A stretch of 8,486 nt of DNA from Prasinococcaceae sp. CCMP 1430 (taxonomy: Eukaryota; Plantae; Prasinodermophyta), in NCBI GenBank assembly GCA_013416795.1, contig RQSC01000008.1:345571-354056 (forward strand), read 5' to 3'. Positions within the stretch are counted from its first letter, which is position 1. Each line of letters opens with the position of its first letter. This document shows, piece after piece, positions 1-7,244 of this stretch. Below the pieces are notes generated by a model that did no database searches, was not told the origin of the DNA, and was given only the letters and a program-made list of their open reading frames with translations. Position numbers and translations under genes: made by a program.

Positions 1-2
1 CG

Positions 3-3000
3 GCGCTGGCGCCGGCGTCCGGGCCATCCGATGAGCTCGCCGCTGCCGCCGCCGCTGCCGCCGCGACCGATGCGGTGTCGCTCGTCGCGCAGCAGCGCGA
101 GCTCGACGAGCTCGCGCTGCGGTGCGCCTCCCTCGAGGCCGCGCGCGCGGAGGCCGTCGCAGCATCGGAGCGCAAGCAGGCCGAGGTCGAGGAGGCCGCG
201 CTCGCGGTGCAGGCGCAGCTCGCAGACGCCACCGCACTCTTCGAGACCAAGGAGGCCGCGCTCGCTGAGGCAGAGGCTAAACTCGCAGACAGGGACGCGC
301 AGCTCGAGGCGCTGAGGGGCGAGCTCGAAGCGAAGCGCGACGAGGCCGAGCACGACGCGCACGCGGCGCTCGGCGAAAAGGATGCGCAGATGGACGGCCT
401 GCGCGCGCAGCTCGCGGAGGCCGAGGAGAGGCGCGCCGCTGCCGAGGCCTCGCGCGAGCGTGCGCAAGCCGCGGCGGACGACAGCGAGTCGGCGCTGAGC
501 GACAAGGACACGCTCGTCGAGGCCCTCCGCGAGCGCCTCGCCGAGCTCGAAGCCGAGCAAGCGCAGCGCGAGCAGGCGGAAGGGGGCGCGAGCGCTGCGC
601 TGGCGGATAGCGTCGCCCAGATCAGCGAGCTGAGGGCCGAGCTGGACGCAAAAGAGGCCGAGGCGAGCACAGCGCGTGCCGAGGCCGAGGCCGCACGAGC
701 GGAGGCCAACGAGCTGCGTGCGCAGGCGGATGAGGCGGAGACGAGGGCAGTGGCGGCCGCCGACGGCGCAAGTGGCGAGCTTGAGGCCCTGAAGGTCGAG
801 CTCGCCGAGGTCAAGGCCGCTGCGGAGGCGTCGCGGGCAGAGCGCGACGCCGACGCGGCCAAGCTGGCGGAACTCGAAAAGGAGGTCGAGGCCAAGGGCG
901 AGCTTGCGGACACCCTCGACACAAAGTTCAAGAAAGCGGTGTCAAAGGGCAAGGGCATCGACAAGAAGCTTCAGGCCGCCAAGAAAGAGCTCGAAGATCT
1001 CAAGGCGAAGCTGGAGGGCGCCAGCGCGCTCGAGGCGGAGCTCGCAGATGCGAGGGCGCAGCTCGAGTCGGCCGCAGACGCTGGCTCGGAGACGGACACG
1101 CTGCGTGGCGACATTGAAATGCTGCGCGAAACCATGTCCGAGCTTCAGCAAGAGCTCACCGAGGCGCGGGCGGAGGCGGAGGCGGAGCGCACAGCCGTCG
1201 CCGAGGTCAAGGCCACCTTCGAGGAGGCGTCCGCCGCGGCCGAAGAGAAGGGAAGACGCGTCGCCGAGCTCGAGGAGGAGCTCGCTAGGGTGCACGAGGG
1301 CAGCGGCAGTGCTCACGCCGAGGCAGAGCGCCTTCGCGGCGAGCTTGACGACGCGAAAGCGAGGCTCGCCCAGACTGCGGCTGCGGCCGAGGCATCCGAG
1401 CAGTCCGCTGATTTCGCGCGCGCCAAGGAGGCGGAGCTGGCTGAACTTGCCGCCAAGCTCGACCACGCCCTTGCCAAGGAAAATGCGCTCTCTGAGGAAA
1501 ACAAAAAGCTCATGTACGAGGCGGAAGAGCTGCGTGAGACCGCGGACAAGGCCCGCGCGACTGCCGCGGCTGCAGCGGAGGAGATCGACGCAGCGCAGGC
1601 CGACCTCGAAGGCGCGCGCTCCGACGCGTTGGCCCGCGAGAGTGAGCTCAGCGAGCTCCGCGCTCGCCTCAACGAGGCCGAGGCAGCCTCCGCTGACGCG
1701 TCCGCCTCTCTCGACAGGCTGGGCGAGGTCATGGCAGACAGGGACGCCAAGGAACAGGACGCCGCTGCGGCCGAGGAGGCGCTGCAGGCGGCGCTCGCGC
1801 GGGCGACGCAGGCTGAGTCAGACCTTGCCGAAGCCAAGGCCGCTGCTGGCGCCGCGGACGAGGCCCGCGCGGCGCTCGCCGAAGAGCGCGCCGCACTGGA
1901 GGGCGACGTCGAGGCGCTGCGCGGCACGCTGGCCGAGGCGCAGTCCGCAGCCGAAGCCGAGACCGCCGAAGCTGAGCTTAAGCTCAACGAGGCGGCGGAG
2001 CGCCTCGGCGCACTCGAGGCGCAGATCGCGGCTGCCGCGGATGCTTCAACGGGCGAAAGGACTCAACTCGCGGAGCTCGAGGAAAGGGCAGCTGCCGCGG
2101 AGGCCAGGGCCTCAGAGGCGGAAAAGGCAGCCGAGGGAAGCGCCAAGCAGGCCGAGAACGCTAAGCAACGTTACAAAAAGGCCGTCGATAAAGGCAAGAA
2201 GATTGACGCGGAGCGCAAGCAGATTGCTGGCGAGCTCCAATCTGCACAGGCAGAAATTGCATCGCTCAAGCAGAGCACTGAGAGTGCATCGGTGGCTACG
2301 GAAGAGCTCGCCGACCTGCAGCGCGCCGCCGCCGAGTCAGCCAACCAGCTTCAAACACTTCAGGAGGCGCTGCAGGCCAAGGACACGAGCGTAGCCGAGC
2401 TCACGGAGGCGCTAGCAGCCGAGAGGGCTGCCACCGCGGCGTCGATCGAGCGCGTGGGTGAGCTCGAGAGCGCGGGCGAGGCGCTGCGCGCAGCACTGGA
2501 GCAGAAGGATGCTGACCTTGCGAACCGCGCCGAGGGGGCAGCCGAGCTTGAGTCGGCGCTGCATGCAGCCAAGGAGAGCGCGGCGCAGGAGATCGAGCAA
2601 GGCGCTCTGCGCATTGCCGAGCTCGAGGCCGCTGCCGCCGCAGCTGAGGCGAGCACGCAGGAGGTGGCGGCACTGCGTGAGCAGCTCGAGCAGGCCCAGG
2701 CAGCCGCGGAACGCCTGAGCGAGCAGAAGAAAAAGGCCATTGCCAAGGGCAAGTCCATCGACGCCAAGCGCAAGGAGCTCGCCGAGGAGCTCGAGGCCGT
2801 GCGTTCGAGCGCGGGCGCCGAGAGCGAGGCCGTGTCGGTTGAGCTGCAATCGCTACGCGAGGCCAATGCTGTGCTCGAAGAGCGCATCGCGGTGCTGGCT
2901 CAAGCCGAGGGCGCGGCGCAGGACGCTGGCGCGCGGCTTACGGCACTTTCCGAGGAGCTCACCGCTGCGCAAGAGGCCAAGGCTGCGCTCGAGGCGCGCG

Positions 3001-4577
3001 TCGAGGCGCTCGCGGCAGACGGCGCGGCCGCTGCCACTGACGCAGAGGCGCGCGTGTCCGCGCTGACTGAAGAAGTCGCGACGTTGCGCGACGCCAGGGC
3101 GGCGACTGATGAACGCCACGCCTCTTCGCTTGCGTCCGCGGAGGCCGCCGCGACCGAGGCCGAGAGCCGCGCGTCCGCGCTGGACGCAGAGCTCGCCGCG
3201 CTGCGCGAAGCGAACGCCACACTCAATGCGCGAGTGTCGGAGCTCTCGTCGGCCAGCGCCGGCGCTTCCGGCTCCGAGGAAAGTGCGACACGACTGTCGG
3301 AGGAGCTCGCTGCGCTACAAAAGACTAATGCGGAGCTCGAGCAGCTCGCCACCAAGAACAAGGACAAATTCAGCGCCGCCGTCAAGAAGGGCAAGGGTTT
3401 CCAGTCGCAGGTGAAGACGCTTGAGGCAGAGCTCCAGGCCCTGCGCGCGGAATCGGGTACGGCAGGCGAGGCTGTCGCGCAGGTCAAGGCCATGGGAGCA
3501 GCGAATGCGGAGCTGCGGCAGCAATGCGAGGCGCTCGAGGCAGCGCTGGAGGATGCTCGCGGAGAGGCGACCGGACACGCAGACGAAGTCGCCGCAAAGC
3601 TCGAGGCTGCGGAGCACGCGAACGCGGAGCTGCGTGCGCAGGCCGATGCCAGCGCGGCGGCCGCAGCCGACGCCAACGCTCGCGTCGCCGAGTTGGCCGA
3701 GCAGCTCCAGGCACTGCCGGCTGAGACGGAGTCGATGGGCACGGCAGCGGCCGGCCTTGAGTCGCAGCTCGCGGAAACCAAGGCGCAGCTCGAAAAGGCG
3801 CGCGAGATGAAGAAGAAGGCCGTGCAGAAAGGCAAGGGCTTTCAAGAGCAGTGCAAAGCCCTCGAGGCCGAGCTCGAAGCTCTGCGCGCGCAGTCGGGTG
3901 AAGGTGCCGAGGCCACCGCGCGGCTGGAGTCACTCCAGGCCGAAATCTCTGAGCTCCAGCGAACGAATGCCGAGCTGAACGAGCAGCGCGGCGCGCTCGA
4001 AGTTGCGCTGGAGTCGGCCCGTGCCGACGGCGCTGCGTCGGCCAGCAATGGCGGCGAAGAGCTTGATGCCCTACGGACTGCCAACGCCGGCTTGGAGGAG
4101 CAGCTTGCTGCCAGCGAGGGCTTGCGGCAGCACGTGATTGAGCTCGAGGCTGCCATCGCCGAGCTTCAGCCGCGTCTTGAGGAGGCCGCAGCGCGCGCTG
4201 CGGTCGACGAGGGCGCGGCGAGTGAGGCAGCCGCGCGCGTGGCCGAGCTGGAAGGTGCCCTCGAGGAGCGCGCCGCCGAGGTCGACAAGCAGCGCGAGCG
4301 GGCCAAGAAGGCCATCGCCAAGGGAAAGAGCATCGACGCGACGCGCGCGGAGCTCGCTGCGCAGCTCGAGGCGCTGGGTGCGCAGCTCGACGAGCGCGAG
4401 GCCGCGGCAGAGGGGCTGCGCGCGCAGGCCGAGCAGGCGCGCGAAGCCCAGGCGCTCGCGGAGCAGCAGGCGTCGGCAGCCGCCGCACAGGCAGCGGCGT
4501 CGGTCGCCGGTGAGGGCGAGGCTATGGCTGCTGCCGCCGCGGAGCAGAGCGCCGCCGTCGAGGCCGCCGAGACTGCG
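3..4577 (+). CDS. Giant Ala/Glu-rich coiled-coil protein (golgin/tether-like, TNO1-like KGK motifs); 5'-partial, true 3' end not seen
   Basis: Frame +3 is open from base 3 (ALAPASGPSDELAAAAAAAAATDAV...), so the start lies upstream of the window. About 1500 aa of heptad-like A/E/L/K/R sequence with almost no Pro or aromatics. Six copies of A[VI]xKGK. After ...VEAAETAR (~4577) the translation switches abruptly to antisense-like text (TWRERIWKHAV...), so the ORF-track extension to 5171 is not considered real coding sequence. Confidence 0.85.
39..65 (+). repeat. GCN trinucleotide run encoding poly-Ala (9 Ala)
   Basis: gcc gct gcc gcc gcc gct gcc gcc gcg in frame +3. Confidence 0.75.
924..4337 (+). 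repeat. Dispersed protein-level repeat: six basic motifs A-[VI]-x-K-G-K followed by ID or FQ
   Basis: KFKKAVSKGKGID 924-962; RYKKAVDKGKKID 2169-2207; QKKKAIAKGKSID 2724-2762; KFSAAVKKGKGFQ 3366-3404; MKKKAVQKGKGFQ 3807-3845; RAKKAIAKGKSID 4299-4337. Confidence 0.9.
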
Positions 4578-4590
4578 CGCACTTGGCGCG
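4570..4590. other. Tail-to-tail junction between the coiled-coil CDS (+) and the EF-hand CDS (-); probable chimeric or rearrangement breakpoint
   Basis: Coding sense flips strand within about 20 bp, with no stop codon on either gene and no spacer. An 8-bp palindrome TGCGCGCA sits at 4574-4581. Confidence 0.65.
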
Positions 4591-5225
4591 AACGAATCTG
4601 GAAGCACGCGGTGCATGAACTCGTCGCAGGATATGCCGTCGCCATTTGGGTCCCACTCGGACATGAGCGCCGCAAGCTGCGCGTCGTCCAGGTACACGGC
4701 AAAGGTCTCGAGCAGCCGCCTGATCTCCGAGGCGGTCACCCTGCCGTCTTTGTTTGTGTCGAGCACCTTGAAGGCACGCCGCGCGAGGCCATTGGCGTGA
4801 CGCGTACGCGCGGCGAGCTTCTCACGCACGAGCTCGGCGAGCGTTACGTACCGCCCTGCGACCGTCAGCCGCGGTACGCCCGCCGCTTCGAGCCGCGACG
4901 CCTCCGCGTCGCGCACCACCCAACCGGAGCGAATCGTGGGCGCGGCGAGCGCCTCCGGCGAAGCGTTGAATTTGTCGGGCAGCACCGCGCGCGCGAACTC
5001 GACGTAGTCGAGCGCGCCATTGCCGTCCGTGTCGAAAGCCCTCACGACGCTCGCCAACTGCTCGTCCGACAGAAAAATATTGCGGCGAACCAGAAAGTCC
5101 TGAACCTCCTTGGCCCTCACATATCCAGTGCCTTCTGCGTCAACCTTGCGGAACTCGCGCACGATGTATGACACGTTCGCACCGCGCCGAGCCTCGAGAC
5201 GCTGGCGCAGGGCCTCGGCGAGGGG
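4578..5225 (-). CDS. EF-hand calcium-binding protein fragment with two tandem EF-hand-pair modules (EFCAB6-like architecture); partial at both ends
   Basis: EF loops: DAEGTGYVRAKE (5141-5106), DTDGNGALDYVE (5033-4998, canonical), DTNKDGRVTASE (4760-4725), DPNGDG-ISCDE (4652-4620, one residue short). Each pair is preceded by a helix LAE.[LV]R..L.AR and followed by VLPD.F. The frame runs into the N at 5227 with no start codon, and has no stop at its 3' side before it enters the antisense of the coiled-coil gene. Confidence 0.85.
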
Positions 5226-5226
5226 C

Positions 5227-5227
5227 N
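5227..5227. other. Single N: assembly gap or contig join
   Basis: The only ambiguous base (aggggcNtgg). The EF-hand gene (-) and the PPR gene (+) both lack a start and are open into it, and codon usage changes across it. Confidence 0.8.
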
Positions 5228-7057
5228 TGGTCGGACCCCGTCGACAACGGCGCGAACCTGGTGCTGGCGGTGCCGGGCAGCGGTGGCGGTCGTGGCAGGG
5301 GGCTGGGCGGCGGCGCGCGGGCACGGGTGCCCGCAAAGGATGGGCGCGCGCCGGCAGCCGGCCGCAAGCCCAAGGGCCGCGAGGCCGGCGCGGGGGGGCT
5401 CCCCGCAGACAATCCGCTCGTGCAGCTCGCAGAAAAGCTCGTCGCGGTGTGCGGTGCGCCCCCGGGCGCGGGCTCGTCCGCGCCCATCGACGTGGCCGCT
5501 GTCCACGCCGCGCTGTCGTCCGCGGAGGGCATCCACTGGACGGGCAAGGCTCTGACGGAGGTGCTGCGGCAGCTGCGCGCGCGCGAAGCGCCGCTCTCGC
5601 TCACGCTGGAGCTGATGCACTGGATGGCCAACACCAGGACGGTCAAGCTCAACGTGTACCACTACTCCAACGTGATTTCGACGTGCCGCAACGCCGGCGA
5701 GTGGCGGCGCGCGCTGGACGTCCACAGCGAGATGGTCTCGGCGGGCGTCGCGCCAAATCAGATCACGTACAACTCCCTCATCAGCGCGTGTGAGACGGGC
5801 GGCGAGTGGCGCAACGCGCTTGCCCTGCTCGGCGACATGCGCAGGGCGGGCATCGAGGCGGACGTCTTCACCTACTCGGCGCTCATCTCGGCGCTCGAGA
5901 AGGGCGGCCAGCGCGAGCGGGCGTTCGAGGCGTTCGAGGAGGCCCTCAGGGAGGGCGTCAGGCCCAACGTGGTGACGTTCAGCTCGCTCATGTGCGCGTG
6001 CGCGAACGACGGCGAAATCGACCAGGGCCTGGAACTCTTGGCGCAGATGAAGGCCCTCGGCGTGCGGCCAAACATGTTCACGTACGGCGCCCTCATCAGC
6101 GCGTGCGAAAAGGCCGGCGAGTGGGAGCGCGCCTTCGAGCTCGACTCGCAGATGCGGCGCGAGGGCATGGACGGCAACGACGTCACGTACTCGAGCCTCA
6201 TCAGCGCGTGCGAGAAGGGCGGGCAGTGGAAGCTCGCCTTCGAGGTCTTCGAGAGGATGCAGCGCGCGGGCGTCCAGCCCACCAACGTCACGTACAATGC
6301 GCTCATCAGCGCTTGCCACAAGGGGGGCCAGGCCCGTCGGGCCTTCGGCGTGTTCGACAGCATGCGCAAGGCGGGCTTCACCCCCGACGAGTACACGTTC
6401 AACGCGCTCATCAGCGCGTGCGCCGCGAGCGGCGAGTGGCGCGCCGCCCTGCGCATCTACAAGCTGATGGGGCGCAGCGAACCTCCGGTCAAGCCCAACG
6501 AGGTGACGCTCAACGCCCTCCTCGACGCGCTGTGGGCGGGGCGGCAGTACCACAAGTGCGCGCGCATCATGGCGGGGCTCCGGGACGCCGGCCACGTCGT
6601 GGGCGGCAAAGTCACCACAGGAGACTGTGCCGCGATGGTCATGGCGCGTGACTGCGACGAGCTCAAGCTGGACCTGCACGAGCTCTCCCCCGGCGCGGCG
6701 CGCACGCGCACGCTGCTCTTCCTCGCTGACGACGGCAAGGGCCTGCTCGCCGAGGCGCTCGCGCGCGGCGGCGCGGGCGGCGAGGCGGGCGCGAGCGCCG
6801 GCGCCGGCGGCGGCGGCGACGACGGCGACGCGCCCATCGCTCGCGTGGCCATCGTGACGGGGAAGGGCCTGGGCTCGCGCGTCAAGGGCGAGAGCGTGGT
6901 GCGCCAGGTGGTGGCCGACATGCTCTCGGGGCTGGGGTCGCCCTTCGAGCACCCGCCGGGCAACACGGGCAGGCTGGTGGCGGACGTGCCCGACGTGGTG
7001 CGCTGGGCGGCCACTCTGCGCTTCGACGAGCTGTTGCTGGACGACGCGCAGTGGTGA
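5228..7057 (+). CDS. P-class pentatricopeptide repeat protein with C-terminal Smr (MutS2-like) domain (PPR-SMR family); 5'-partial
   Basis: Eight clear PPR motifs (e.g. VFTYSALISALEKGGQRERAFEAFEEALREGVRPN) plus degenerate flanking ones. These are followed by Smr signature elements LDLH (6668-6679), IVTGKG (6851-6868) and NTGRL (6962-6976). Stop TGA at 7055-7057. No in-frame ATG between 5228 and 5614, so the start is lost in the gap or on another exon. Confidence 0.93.
   Translation, partial: WSDPVDNGANLVLAVPGSGGGRGRGLGGGARARVPAKDGRAPAAGRKPKGREAGAGGLPADNPLVQLAEKLVAVCGAPPGAGSSAPIDVAAVHAALSSAEGIHWTGKALTEVLRQLRAREAPLSLTLELMHWMANTRTVKLNVYHYSNVISTCRNAGEWRRALDVHSEMVSAGVAPNQITYNSLISACETGGEWRNALALLGDMRRAGIEADVFTYSALISALEKGGQRERAFEAFEEALREGVRPNVVTFSSLMCACANDGEIDQGLELLAQMKALGVRPNMFTYGALISACEKAGEWERAFELDSQMRREGMDGNDVTYSSLISACEKGGQWKLAFEVFERMQRAGVQPTNVTYNALISACHKGGQARRAFGVFDSMRKAGFTPDEYTFNALISACAASGEWRAALRIYKLMGRSEPPVKPNEVTLNALLDALWAGRQYHKCARIMAGLRDAGHVVGGKVTTGDCAAMVMARDCDELKLDLHELSPGAARTRTLLFLADDGKGLLAEALARGGAGGEAGASAGAGGGGDDGDAPIARVAIVTGKGLGSRVKGESVVRQVVADMLSGLGSPFEHPPGNTGRLVADVPDVVRWAATLRFDELLLDDAQW
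5654..6604 (+). repeat. PPR array: seven 35-aa motifs, one 37-aa motif and one degenerate motif
   Basis: Motif starts at 5654, 5759, 5864, 5969, 6074, 6179, 6284 and 6389 (105-nt period), then 6500 (degenerate). Consensus xxTYxaLIsAcekgGew.rA.e.f..M...GvxPn. Confidence 0.92.
6662..6985 (+). other. Smr domain coding region, with an internal Gly/Ala-rich insertion
   Basis: LKLDLHELSPGAAR...RVAIVTGKGLGSRVKGESVVRQVVADML...PPGNTGRLVAD matches the Smr pattern LDLH...I(I/V)TGxG...NxG. Insertion RGGAGGEAGASAGAGGGGDDGDAP at 6764-6835. Confidence 0.85.
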
Positions 7058-7074
7058 CGACGGCGGGCGGTGGG

Positions 7075-7095
7075 TAATGTACGTAATATTAATTT
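7075..7095. promoter_or_regulatory. AT-rich island in the convergent intergenic region; candidate 3'-end/polyadenylation element
   Basis: taatgtacgtaatattaattt, 18 of 21 bases A/T in an otherwise very GC-rich context, lying between two convergent stop codons. Function is inferred only. Confidence 0.35.
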
Positions 7096-7202
7096 CGACC
7101 AGGCGGTGGGGAGCTGCGCCGCCGCGCCCCAGCCCCCCCCCCTCGCCGCCCGGAACGCGCCCGTGACCTCTCCTCTCTGGCCGTGGGGAAAAAACTTGCG
7201 CT

Positions 7203-7225
7203 GCCGCGCCGCGCCGCGCCGCGCC
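7203..7225. repeat. Pentanucleotide microsatellite (GCCGC)x4.6
   Basis: gccgc gccgc gccgc gccgc gcc, about 20 bp past the desaturase stop. Confidence 0.8.
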
Positions 7226-7244
7226 ACGCACGATGGCCGCCGCC

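Noticed and set aside
4071-4577. C-terminal ~170 aa of the 421-aa minus-strand ORF
   Set aside because: It is the in-register antisense of the coiled-coil CDS. Antisense stops need TTA, CTA or TCA sense codons, which are rare in GC3-rich genes, so read-through is expected.
3-4577. Calling the coiled-coil protein myosin, SMC, kinesin or tropomyosin
   Set aside because: No motor, Walker A/B or hinge domain is visible. Such matches would reflect generic coiled-coil composition.
4577-4584. Minus-strand A|GTGCGC as a splice donor that would let the EF-hand gene skip over the coiled-coil gene
   Set aside because: It resembles an algal donor, but the intron would have to contain kilobases of opposite-strand CDS, and it would not explain the coiled-coil gene's missing stop. 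GTGCGC is also frequent by chance here.
31-4800. Numerous Arg/Ser/Pro-rich or Ser/Ala-rich ORFs overlapping the coiled-coil gene (e.g. 904-2394, 1313-1987, 2900-3835, 3484-4488)
   Set aside because: Off-frame or antisense translations of repetitive GAG/GCG/CTC codons, with no domain signal.
75-5171. The 1698-aa ORF as a single protein with a distinct C-terminal domain
   Set aside because: The last ~197 aa (from TWRERIWKH) are the in-register antisense of the EF-hand gene. The GTG at 75 is also not the start, since the frame is open from base 3.
5654-6499. 105-bp periodicity as a CRISPR array or DNA tandem repeat
   Set aside because: The periodicity is at protein level (PPR motifs). DNA copies are diverged at synonymous sites and there is no repeat-spacer structure.
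7075-7095. AT island as the PPR protein's own binding site (autoregulation)
   Set aside because: The predicted AUAAANUY motif does not occur there on either strand, and the protein is probably organellar.
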